Below, piece by piece: positions 11,665 through 23,043 of a stretch of 36,295 bases of DNA. Below the pieces are notes generated by a model, which saw only the letters and a list, made by a program, of their open reading frames with translations, was not told where the DNA came from and did no database searches. The DNA lies in assembly GCF_001194135.2 (NCBI RefSeq), contig NC_069004.1, positions 20,132,275 to 20,168,569 on the forward strand, in the 5' to 3' direction. The translations under genes were made by a program, and so were the position numbers. This stretch comes from Octopus bimaculoides. Lineage: Eukaryota. How positions within the stretch are numbered: the stretch's first letter is position 1; every line of letters begins with the position of its first letter.

Positions 11665-13310
11665 GCCAGATTTGTTGCCGCATTTTTTGAGTGAAGTTAG
11701 TGAATTTGTTGAAAGAGTGTATTGCGAGCGGTGAGTTGTTTTTGATTTGTGTATTGCTGAAAATTGTTGAAGTATTATTGTTGAAATATTATTGTTAATA
11801 TTTATTGCTGAACTGTTTGGAAATTGTTTTCTACCCATTTATGGGTATGGAGACAGGAAGTTACGCTGCGGCAGCAGGCAAAAGCCTGTCAGCTGACACG
11901 ATGCAGATGAGAGAAATCAAAATAGAAAAAAAGAATTTGGAAAAATTCAATGAATTATTCAGGAAGGAAGGAGATTGCCTTAGAATGACACCGCCAAGTG
12001 ACGCAGTACAACAAGCAGAAAAAAAGATAATCGTGTATAGAACACTAAATGTGGAAACCAAGAGAATTGAAGTGGCAGAAATAGAAGCTATAGAGGAGGC
12101 TCCAAGAGAGGTTAAGGAGTTACCCACGTTTTACGCAAGAGGAAGAAAGTATGGCACAGTGGAGGTGCGTTTCACAAGTGAGGAAGAAGCAAAAAAGGCA
12201 CTCCACTGTGTCCCTGAGAACAGCTAGGTGGGCACTTTTGCCTACCTATCATGGAAAATGTGCAGCAAGAGTGAGAATTGGAAGAGTAACCCCGGAAATG
12301 TACGCAGAAAGGTTGGTGGCAGCAATTATTTACAACTGCAAAGATGTGGTAGAAATAATTAAAGTTGAGAAATCAAGAGAGATCAACTGGTGGGATTAAG
12401 GCGTAGAAGCCTTAATACACATAACCCTGCCAGATTTGCACAATATTGCGGAAGAATTGGTGCTCCCCGACGAAACCCGACTGAGTCGTGGTGGAGGGTA
12501 GACCACCAATGTTACAAATGCAAAAGCAGGGGACACATGCAAGCAAGGTGTCCCCTAAGAGAAGTGCAGATGGAAGACACAGTGGTGAATGAAGATGCAG
12601 TGGTAGAAGAAGAAAAAGTGGAAGAGGAAATAGTGGTAGAGAGCGAGAGTGGAATCGCCGCCTAAAAGCCCAAAGAAAAAGAAAGGAAAAAAGAAACCAT
12701 AGAGAATCGAACTCTAGAACAGGAGCAAGCAGAGATTAGAGTAGGAGAGGCAGAAAAGGAGGCGAGAGTGAATAAGTGGAGGAAGAGGGTGGAAATGCAA
12801 ATGGAACATATAGAATAAGCAGGAAGACCTAAGGGATGGAATTTTTAAATGTTGGTTTTTTTACATGAAAGGAATGGAAATAGAAAAGAATTTAGCCAAG
12901 ATGAAAGGGTTAATAAGAGTCAAATTGGATCAGAACATGTTTGATACAGAACAGAAAGCAGTATTGCTGGAGAAGGACAGAATGGAAAGGGTGTTAGAGT
13001 TGTTTTGTGACAGTGTTTATGGAGACTGGATTGTGTGTGCATTACAAGAGTCTGCCCAATGTTGTTGGCCTGGATGAACTGACAGAACATACAACAGATG
13101 AATGGTTTTAGCTGATTATAGACTGCATAAAGGAACAGTAAAATGAAACTGTGAGCTTGGGGGGGGGGGGCTCGTAAGCCATTCCATTCTATCATTATAA
13201 ATATTCCATTTCTTATACATCATTCGTTATATGTACCCCATGTTTTGTGTTGTCTGTCCTTGTAGTGTCCCTTCTTTGTTCAGGCTATATGCCTTTAATA
13301 AAGATACAAG
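11665..13310 (+). mobile_element. ORF1-only L1/Tx1-type retroelement (HAL1-like), flanked by a target-site duplication
   Basis: TSD GGAATCTCTAT at 11654-11664 and 13315-13325. Disrupted ORF1 from ATG 11841 with CCHC knuckle CYKCKSRGHMQARC (12510-12551). 3' UTR has AATAAA at ~13297. No endonuclease or RT motifs in between. Confidence 0.75.
11841..12665 (+). pseudogene. L1/Tx1-type ORF1 (Gag-like, zinc knuckle) of the short element
   Basis: SYAAAA start motif; TPPS..IIVYRTLNVETKRIE..RGRKYGTVEV aligns with ORF1 at 16355-16700; frameshifts and stops; Glu-rich tail. Confidence 0.8.
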
Positions 13311-13321
13311 ATTCGGAATCT

Positions 13322-13830
13322 CTATCCTCGATATAGTGTGTTCATGTAAGAATAAAACAAAAAAAAATCCCAAAGGGGGTGCGGTTCATGATGTTTACTT
13401 CCACCGATTTGTACATGCTCCAGAGACCGATATTAGGAATGATTTACCATATGGTGAATGTAACCGAGTACATGGAAATTACAATAGCTTGCTAAATTGT
13501 CAGTCAAAACAGTAATTCCTGGAAGAACATTTTGTCTGATAACATTCTCTGTCTCTGTACACCTATCGGGTACAAGTCGAAGAAATCCTTTTCTGGTTGT
13601 GGTATCATAACATCCGACAACCCAAGTTTTACAACATATTCTTCCTACATAGTTCTTGCTATTGAAGAACAAGCTTTCATCGATCTTCACTATATGATCC
13701 GAACCACCAATGAGAGTTTTGTCCTACAGCAGTTTTGCCGAACAAACACCTCTACAGAACTGGTACCACTGAACGGCAGTTTTTATATCAATGCAATTCA
13801 TACTTACAGGTATCGTCACAGGTAATTCGA
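13322..13830 (-). mobile_element. Merlin (IS1595/ISXO2-like) transposase fragment 1
   Basis: TAVQWYQFCRGVC..IGGSDHIVKIDESLF..TWVVG..FLRLVPDR..IRQNVLPGITVLTDNLASY..LGYIHHMVNHS matches the Merlin DDE motifs (VEIDES, I.TD.W..Y, H..VNHS). Confidence 0.88.
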
Positions 13831-15079
13831 AAATAAAATCAAACACTAAATGAAAAATTACATATAATGGTAGCTAGAGTTTTCTGTAAATGTACCTATC
13901 CTGGTGGAAAGAGGCTTTTTTTTTGTTTTTTTTTACATTTAGCGCACTTTCTATTGACAAACTCGTCAATAGAACGACTAGAATTTTGAAAATTCATCGA
14001 ATGTGTGCAAGCATACGTTTTTTTCATTGGCAATATGTTTTGTCTTCAGATAATCTATTATGTTCTCTGGTGCAAGGTCCAGTAAAAGTTCCAATCTGGG
14101 TGTACACAATGTAGAATAAATTCAAAAAAATAGCAACAGTTGCTTCTTTTTAAAGGGTGCAAATATTGTGAAGATGATGATGATTGTTGCTGATGGGATG
14201 GTTGTGGTAGCTTCTTGATTTCAATTAGAGTTTACGGAAATAATGTATGAACGTGTGCGATGTTAATCCTTCGAATTTATTTTTAATTGTGATAATGAAA
14301 CAATGGGTTCAATCCTTACCGCCAAAATTAATTTATCTTGCAAAAGAACCCACACACACCTACACAATTTCAGAAGCATAGCAACAATTGCTTGTTGTTG
14401 TGAAGATGATGATGATGATTTTGCTGATGCGATGGTTCACACATACACACACACACACACATAGATGCACATAAATAAACATAGATGAAGTCCTATTGTT
14501 AAAATTTTTAGTAGACGTTTGACGGAGAATTATTCAATATCGTGTTTACTTCTATGAGAATCGCTTACCTTTAAAGCGAAAAAACAAGACCAACGTATAC
14601 AACAGGTATGTATAACATGCTGTTTCCCTTGTTTTAGCCGTTCATTTTCTGTGAGCTGTAGAGATTGTTGCGTTCGGGCACTCTTTATTGCTGAGTAGGA
14701 GGGGGGATAGATCAATTTTGAAGTTTTTCAGGGTGCATATGTTCCTTATGCATTCCAAAACCGAGTTGTTGATTTTCACGTATGGGGTATTTAAAGATTC
14801 AGTACTACTTCCACTACTAAGTATTGACATATTTGAATTACAAAAATTTAAAATTATAATCTCTTCCATAAGTTATCTACCTTAAACATTTTACATGACG
14901 ATCATGATGACGTCATATTTTCTATATGAGTGTGTACCTTAAAAGACATCCATCATCACCTTCACTCACTCTATCTCTCTCCCACATGTGTGCGCACAGA
15001 CACACAAAATCCTAATTTTGCTCTAACATCATGGCTCTATGCAACTGTTGCAATATCACTATTTATGGAGGAGTTCTCC

Positions 15080-15843
15080 GTTTCCACGTTAAAAATAATA
15101 CTGCCATTACATTTTGCATGGAACACAGTGTCCTGCTGTTTACCCACAATTGCCCAACATGTAATTTTCCATGTATTTTGCGCGTGGAAACAAACATGTA
15201 GCATTACTGTAGGATGATACGACGACATCGCTAATCCAGAAGGGAGTGTGAATATTCTGAATCTTTGAGAACTCCTTTCTGGAAAACACCTATGTTTCAC
15301 CTTGGAAGATTTTGCTTTTCGTGAATCACTTCCTCAGTACAGCTTGGTCACACAGATTAATCAAGGAAAATCTCAGATTCTGCTGTAAAACCTCTGTAGA
15401 TTGGCAGTCTTTCTGTGCTGAGGTCTGCCAGTTTTAGGCAGAAAACCACCAAAATATGATCAGAGGAGATGGGGTTGAAATTGAGATCGATGAAACGGTT
15501 TTGGTCCATTGAAAATATCAACNNNNNNNNNNNNNNNNNNNNNNNNNNNNNNNNNNNNNNNNNNNNNNNNNNNNNNNNNNNNNNNNNNNNNNNNNNNNNN
15601 NNNNNNNNNNNNNNNNNNNNNNNNNNNNNNNNNNNNNNNNNNNNNNNNNNNNNNNNGGCGTGTGTATTAATAACTTGAGCAGCATGGGCTATATATCAGA
15701 TTAATCATGCTGAACACTTTGTGGATCCCCATAAACCCAGCTATTCATACTCAGAAATTTAAGCGTTTATGGGGAAGCCTGAAAAAGTGCATTGTTCATC
15801 TCAGAATGAGACTGTAGCGAAACTTCTCTCTCAGTTATATATA
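15080..15843 (+). mobile_element. Merlin transposase fragment 2
   Basis: AITFCMEH..CPTC; SFLENT..WKILLFVNHF; DWQSFCAEVC..GDGVEIEIDETVL; after the gap INHAEHFVDP..HTQKFKRLWGSLK. Confidence 0.85.
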
Positions 15844-16354
15844 TGTGAATGCGGACGTAGCAGATAACATCTAGCCTTCGGCCGCATCTTTGGACCCTGT
15901 TGTGTCCACCACTCTGATTGATTGGTATTGGCACACTTTTGTCTCTAGTTCTATTTTGTGCCAGGGTGCAACCAACCAATCATAGCCTTTTGATAAGGTC
16001 ACGTGGAACGGTTTTCTGAACCCCTGCTTGAGCCGATTATTTTCTTATTAATAGGTAGCTTGTCTGCGCTAAAGTTTGTCACGGCCTCAGCCCTCGTGTT
16101 TGAGTTTCGATTTGTCAATTGCGCCATAAGGTTAGTTTGTGTTAAGATTGCTGTTATCATTGCTGTTATTACTGCATTTTTGTTTGTTGTTTTCCCGTAA
16201 GGGAAATACTGTTGTTATTCTGTGAATATCTTTTTGTGAATTGTTACCCTCCCGCTTCGGGGGAAAGAATACTATATGAACTTTTGTTGGATTGTGTTTC
16301 CGTTTTGGAAAATATTATTTTTTCTCCGTGATACAGAATTGTTTTGTTGAAAAA

Positions 16355-17539
16355 ATGGCTTCCATGGAAGAAAAAACAAATATGAATTTTGATGCAGCCG
16401 TCGGTGGCCAAGAACAAATAAAATTGAAAGTGGAGGAAATTCAGGCATTCTTCAGAATGATATCGGAAAAGGATGGTGAATCAAGAATAACACCTCCAAG
16501 TGAACTCCAAAACAAAATAAAAGAAGAGACTATCATTTATAAAACTTATAATATGGAGTCAAAGAGATTTGAACACTTGGAGGAGAGTTGCATCGAGAAA
16601 TGTCTTGGCGCAATAATGAACCAGATTAAGTATTTAAATAGAGGTATAAGATTCGCAACCATTGAAGCAAGTTCGAACCAACAGAACGTGCAAGAGATCT
16701 GTCGACAAGAACCTTACAATGTGGCAACATTTTGTTTCTGCCACTATATCTGGGACGTAGGACGTCCTGGATAAAATTTTAAAACATTCCCCCGGAGGTG
16801 GAGGTGGGTTGGATCATGGCCACCCTACTATAAAAAAGGGAAGAAAAATTTAAAATTATACAGATCACAAAAGACGGCCCACAGAACTGGCAGGGCCAGA
16901 CCCTCGAGATCCTGGCACCAGCCACAACAAAAGATCTCGAGGAGCTACCAGAAACTATTATAATGGATGATATAAGTATCCCCATTTATGTGGAAGGGAG
17001 AAGGCCCCACTGTTTCAAGTGTGAGAAGAAGGGACACTTAAGAGAAAAGTGTCCCTAAAATTAAAAAAACAGAGCAGTCCACTTCTAACCCCACCTCCAA
17101 GGAAGATGATCCCCAGGAGGGATCATTGAAAAACCAAAGTGAACCCAAAAAAGTTACAACACTTATAGGACCAAAAAAAGGTGCACCCCCAGCTACAACC
17201 AAAAAGACATCAACCAAAGAGGGTGAACTCCCGGTCACGGAGACCGTTGCCAAGAGTTCATCCAACCAAGAGGCAGCACTCCCAGGAGTGACCGCATCAT
17301 ATGAGCTCATCACTGATAGCGAAGAGGAGAACCAAGCACCAACAGATGGGTATCAGGTTTGTTCGAGGAAGAGGATGAGGAAGATGGAGTCCCCGAACAA
17401 ACCAGAAACCCCAAAGACCAAAATAGCCAAACCAGGGAAGAAAAGAGGGAAAAAGATGTCATTTATAGACATCCCTATAACAATACCGAAACCAGTTGAT
17501 CGAGTGACGGTCGCATACTGGAAAAAAACATTTATCTAG
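16355..17539 (+). pseudogene. Tx1-like ORF1 with CCHC zinc knuckle
   Basis: Starts MASMEEKT; contains IPIYVEGRRPHCFKCEKKGHLREKC (knuckle 17011-17052) and a Lys/Pro/Ser-rich C-terminus; frameshifted. Confidence 0.85.
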
Positions 17540-17844
17540 ATGGGGTCATTAGACCACATAATGACTCGTTGGTCTATAAAAACGATTTTAAACAGAGTCC
17601 TATTATCATAGCAAAGATAGCAAGGACTCTGTTTTTCAATCTGAACTAGTTACATCCTAATGACATAAGCATACTAAATGATTTTAAAAAAGTGTTCGAC
17701 CCATCGGTTGAACCCTCCTTGGAGGTACCCTTTATCGGAGGAACAGAAGAAGATAGGGAAGTGGTCTCAAATGTCTTGAGAGCCATTCCCCTGAAAAGAT
17801 AAAGAGATGGTAAGTAGGTCCCCCTTTTTTCTTCTATGTTGTAA

Positions 17845-20800
17845 ATGGCCATGTTGAACATGGCGTGTTTAAATGTGCGTGGCCTGAGCTCGAAGTGGAA
17901 GCAGGCGTGCCTCCTCGACATCCTCAGGTCACATAGTATAGATGTGATGGTTACTGCAGACACCAAGTTGGACAAGCTGCAGGCCTTCTTGGCACTCCTG
18001 AACGACTACGAGAAAATAATTNNNNNNNNNNNNNNNNNNNNNNNNNNNNNNNNNNNNNNNNNNNNNNNNNNNNNNNNNNNNNNNNNNNNNNNNNNNNNNN
18101 NNNNNNNNNNNNNNNNNNNNNNNNNNNNNNNGCAGAGGCGTGGCTGTCTTCTTGATCCATAAAAGCTTGGTCATGCAGATAAGTACAATCTTCGTGGACC
18201 CAGAAGGCGAGTTGGTCGTTCTGGATCTAACATACAGTGGCAAGGCCTTCAGGCTGGTGGGCATCTACGTGCCTGGTAATGCAGGCAAATGGGTTGACTT
18301 CTTTCATCGCCTGGAGAATTTCCTGGTGACATCGAAGACAGTAGTTGTACTAGGTGACTTCAACGCTATACTGGATGCATGCATGGATAGCGTGGGCTCA
18401 AAAGATAGAAAAGGAAACTCATGCCTCATCGATCTGCTGAAGCATTTCAGGCTGGCAGATCGATACAGACTTGACCACCCAAACGTTCCAGTGTGGACCT
18501 AGACAAGAAACAACGGAATGGTCAGGACTTACATAGACAGGATAGTGGTAAGTACTAGAGATAGACATAGCTTTAGCTGTCCACAGTTTACTTACATACC
18601 CTACACAGATCACAAGTTAGTGAGGTGTAGAGTGAATTTAGATAAGATACATAGATAGGGATCTGGCTACTGGAAGCTGAGCAAGACTTTATTGGATTGC
18701 AAGGCTTACCGTAGCCAGATTAAGGAGTTAGTGAAGAGGGCACTTACCGGCGCTATTATCAACAGCCAGTGGTGGAGTGCCCTCAAAAGAGCCCTTCAAA
18801 TTGAGTCAATTAGATTTAGCAAATAGTTAAGTATAGAACAGACTAGAATAGAAAGGGACTTAGTTAAGGCAATAGATGAGGCACTGAGATCGGGCTCTGC
18901 ATCACAAGTGTTGGCGGCAAGATTGGCACTGGACCGACACCTCAATGCCAAACACAAAGCATGCAGAGTAAAGGTTAGGACACGTGCAATGGGTCGTGAA
19001 GGTATCAATGTTGCTAGATCGGCTCGCTCGGAAGAAACCCATCAATGCTACGATAGGGTCTTTGACAGATGAGTCCGGACAGGAGATCCAAGGACAAGAG
19101 GAGATATGTAAGGCCTTTCACAAGCACTTTGCCATGTTATTTGAGAGGGACGGGACGTTGGACCATGGGGATGCCTTATGGCATTTTCTGGACGGCGGCC
19201 CGCATCTTTCAACTCGTGACGCTGAGCGCTGCACAGGACCAATCACAGCCAAGGAGATCAGAGAGGTACTGTCCGAGAGCCCCAGGGACAAGTCGCCGGG
19301 TCTAGATGGTCTTCCCTACGAATTTTACAGTAGCATGCTAGACTTGTTCAGGGACATACTGGCCAGTGTGTACACGAATTGGNNNNNNNNNNATGCTAGA
19401 CTTGTTCAGGGACATACTGGCCAGTGTGTACACGAATTGGCAGCAGAATGGGAAGATTCCCAAAGCTGTGAGCCGAGGAGTGGTGACACTGATCAGGAAA
19501 GACCCAAGCAAAGGGGATAATGTTAATAAGTTTAGGCCCATAACTCTGCTAAACACAGAGTTAAAGATTTTGGCCAAGGTGCTCACAAAGAGAGTTAGGG
19601 TTGTCATGAGCGACCTGGTGGGGGAAACACAGACATGTGCCATCCCAGGAAGGACGATACAGGACAACCTTCACCTCATTCGCTACACCATAGAGCAGGT
19701 GGATAAAATGCATGGCAACGGTGGGGCACTGGTGAATTTAGACCAATCTAAGGCATTCGATAGGGTTGACCACGGATACCTGGTGGTGGTCTGTCGGGCA
19801 GCCGGATTCAGCCCAACCTCCCAAGGCTGGATTAAAGCCATGTACGGCAATATCGAATCAATAGTCCGGGTGAATGGGACCTTCTCGAACCCCTTCGCGA
19901 TCGAGTGTTCGGTTTGTCAGGGCTGCCCCCTGTCCCCAATTCTGTACGTATTGGTGCTCGAGCCATTGCTGCGGAAGCTGAGGGACGTGGGGGTGGACCT
20001 GCATGATCCTTGTTGCGGAAGGAACATTACAGCATACACGGATGACATTACCATCATCATGTCAGATGAAGGGCGTCTACCTCGCATAAAAGACGCCATC
20101 AAAGGATACAAGACGGTGGCAAGGGCGAAAATTAACCAGGAAAAATTAGTCGGCTTGCAAGTCGGTACCTGGAGGGGCAAGTCGGTGCCTCCCAACAGCG
20201 TCGTTGGGTGCTGGACGGAGGGCCCGGTTAAAATACTAGGGGTCTGGTTTGGTCCGGACCTCCAGGTGGAGAACTGGAGTGAGGTGGTGAGCAAGGTGAC
20301 AGCCATAGCCCAGAAGTAGTCTGGGAAGAGGTTATCCTTGTTGGGAAAGGCATAGGTTGCGCAGGTGTTCATAGCATCAGTGATAGCCTAATGCTTAACT
20401 GTCGTGCCTTACCCTGGTTTGTGGCTGAACAAGCTGCAGCGGATACTTTTTCACCTTTTGTGGGAAAGGAAAACTCCACTTGTGAGGTGCTCCATCTGTT
20501 GCCAGAAACCGTTAAAAGGTGGGCTGGGAATTCCCTGGCTGATGATGTGCAAGCACGCGCTGAGGCTGAGACATCTCCGGTGCCACCTGGATGGTGAGCA
20601 GGTGTGATCAACGCTTTTCCCAAAGTATAGGTCCCTGAGAGACTTAGGAGCATGGATCAGGCGAAGACCCAAGATGGGGAAATGGCAGGTGGAGTGCAAA
20701 CAAGCACTTTCCCTCTTCTCACAGGTGAGCAGGGTTACCAGAGCAGATATTTATAGCGGGTTGGTAGAGCTTAAGTCTGATGATGTCCTGGGGGAGACTC

Positions 20801-21209
20801 TGGGCTTCGATAAGAAGCTGCTAGCCAGCCAGTTCGGGAGGACCTTTGGGTCAAGATTACCNNNNNNNNNNNNNNNNNNNNNNNNNNNNAGATTACCGGT
20901 TCAGGAAAGGTTAGCAAGACACGGATATGAGTCCATACTTAAGATTGTACCGCTTTCCTCTTTTTCCAAAGAGAAGGCAGCATTATTCTGCATAATAACC
21001 ATATTGAAAGAAACGGTATGGAAGGAATTGTGACAGGACAGTTCATTTCCAGACGAGGGCTGGTGAACTATTTCACTGCCTATCTTGTTTTCAAGATCCA
21101 TCTGGAGAGGAGGAGCCTGCCACAAAGAGTGTTTGCGAAAAGATGGAAGGAAATTGTAAGAAAGATGAGTATGCAAGGAGCCATGCCAACACGGCCGGAC
21201 CGGGCATAG
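17845..21209 (+). pseudogene. Tx1-like ORF2 (APE endonuclease plus reverse transcriptase)
   Basis: MLNMACLNVRGL..VLGDFNAILD..YIDRIVV..TDHKLV; SPGLDGLPYEFY, FRPITLLNTELKILAKVL, LDQSKAFDRVDH, QGCPLSPILY, AYTDD (YADD variant); L1-type C-terminal region. Contains stops, frameshifts and gaps. Confidence 0.93.
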
Positions 21210-22189
21210 AAGGAAAAGAAAAGACACAAAAAAAAGGGAAATCAACCGGCGGGTTAGTAAAATAACCCAAACCAAAAAAAGAGAACTTAAAATTTTTTTA
21301 TATTTTATATATTTTTAATGTACCATATCACATTATATTATTATATTCATTATAACATCCATTCGATAGAACATTCGTAAAAGGCTGATGACCTATACAT
21401 ATGTTTTTGTCTGTCCTTGTTTGTCCCCTCTATGTATCCTATTTATTAGGGATAAAAAGAAATTCACGGCTTCAGACCTTCTGAGGTCTAGCCACTGACC
21501 ACAGAGCACCAGCCAGTTCTAGTGACGACTCAACACAGCTTCATGGAGATTCAACACCTTGCTGCAAATTCCATCTTCGACGCCACCATCAGCTTCTTCG
21601 TTGCCAGCGTCTACTCAATGTACACACCGCCAACAGCTCCCACACTGGTTCTCTCAATACTGTTCGTGTGAATTGCCTCACCATGAAGAACAGCGAGTAC
21701 AACCTGTGAGACCACCTGTAACAAGTGACCGGTTGCAGTATCGTAGCCTCAACTTCTCAGTATCTTTTCTCCAGGCTCTGCTATTCGGCCAGGACTTCTT
21801 CTACAGCACCTTTACCACTGTGTACCATGAATACGAACTGGTATTTCACATCCTTGTGTCTGGACTTTTAACGTCCTTATTTATAGACTTTTCTATGCTC
21901 TGTATCTCTTGCATTCACATACACATATTTGTATACACACACTCTTTATTTACACGACGGCCTGTCTTATATTGTGTTTTATTATGTCGCATTCACACAC
22001 ACATAGACATACTAATTGACAACCAATGAAACCTTATTTTTTATACATCTTTACNNNNNNNNNNTCACACACACATAGACATACTAATTGACAACCAATG
22101 AAACCTTATTTTTTATACATCTTTACTGGTTGAGTCTCTCTCTTTTCTTGTTGGCACTTACCTCATTCCACCTTTTGCTTTTTTTTTAT

Positions 22190-22350
22190 ATTTGTGCCGA
22201 CTGTGCGATGTGCTAAAGGAGCCACGGTTGCTACAAGATCTAAATATCTCAATCAGTATGTCGCTAGGTTACTTTTTATACAGGCCATCTCACCACCGAC
22301 TCAGCGACTTCATAAGTTTCTTTTGGAATCTGGAAGACTGTACCTATGTT
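22190..22350 (+). mobile_element. Merlin transposase C-terminal fragment 3
   Basis: ATRSKYLNQYVARLLF..QRLHKFLLESGRLY resembles the Merlin C-terminus (YLAxYLF..RxHxFLxExAxLYP); similarity judged from recall. Confidence 0.5.
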
Positions 22351-22631
22351 CCTGAGGACACGAAAGAATTGGTTCTTGATGTTCAATTACCCTTAACTTT
22401 TTTCTTCCATGAAACGATATTCAACACCATATTTTTGAAACCAATCAGATAAATTTTTACAAGTGCACTTCCAAGCAGTTCATAAAAAACAAACCTCAGA
22501 TTTCTCGCATATAATTACCTACCCTGACCTCCTAATGTGCCACAAACCCCATATTTTCCTTCGTAAAAAAGGATGGGGTAGGAAACTGGAACTCACCACC
22601 GTGAAATTATATGAAAATGTGCATGAACAGG

Positions 22632-22635
<4 letters not shown>

Positions 22636-22669
<34 letters not shown>
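22636..22669. repeat. (TA)n microsatellite
   Basis: Directly visible. Confidence 0.95.
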
Positions 22670-22672
<3 letters not shown>

Positions 22673-23043
22673 ACAGGCAAAAAAAAATACAGAAATCAGA
22701 AAACACCTTCACTCACTCACTCTCTCCCCCTCTCTCACTCCACACTAAATCGAAGAGTACTAGTTCCCCGCTTAAAATTTTGGCACGAAAAATTGCTAAA
22801 GGAAAGTGGAAACACTTGATGCCATTTCAAAACTGTTTTGCAGCTTAGAGCTTACATATCCTGGGATCTATATATCCAGTAATTTTAGTATGTATGTAAA
22901 ACATATTTTAATAAACATTGACTTGTTTCACACAAACACTATCNNNNNNNNNNNNNNNNNNNNNNNNNNNNNNNNNNNNNNNNNNNNNNNNNNNNNNNNN
23001 NNNNNNNNNNNNNNNNNNNNNNNNNNNNNNNNNNNNNNNNNNN

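Larger units (their letters stand above)
16095..21463 (+). mobile_element. Full-length L1-clade/Tx1-like non-LTR retrotransposon, degenerate
   Basis: ORF1 and ORF2 plus 5' and 3' UTRs. Candidate 16-bp TSD TCACGGCCTCAGCCCT (16079-16094) and TCACGGCTTCAGACCT (21464-21479), 14/16 identical. A-rich end GATAAAAAGAAAT. Confidence 0.9.
15844..21997. mobile_element. ~770-bp TG...CA-bounded element (solo LTR or MITE) split by the Tx1-like LINE: parts 15844-16094 and 21464-21997
   Basis: Terminal inverted 10-mers TGTGAATGCG (15844) and CGCATTCACA (21988-21997). The two parts join at the Tx1 TSD. No matching outer TSD (TATA on the left, CACA on the right). Confidence 0.5.

Noticed and set aside
14126-14440. 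Imperfect direct repeat (TAGCAACA.TTGCTT..GTGAAGATGATGATG) about 250 bp apart
   Set aside because: Short, partly GAT microsatellite, and no further structure; an ordinary local duplication.
14500-14900. Exon-like segment (GTATGT donor, TTTTAG acceptor, PPSY-containing ORF)
   Set aside because: The implied intron would be only ~34 nt, and the ORFs have no recognisable homology; more likely transposon subterminal sequence.
19334-19440. 48-bp direct repeat on both sides of a 10-N gap in ORF2
   Set aside because: Identical sequence flanking a fixed-size gap is an unmerged contig overlap, not a biological duplication.
21994-22125. ~61-bp direct repeat across a 10-N gap
   Set aside because: Same scaffolding artefact.
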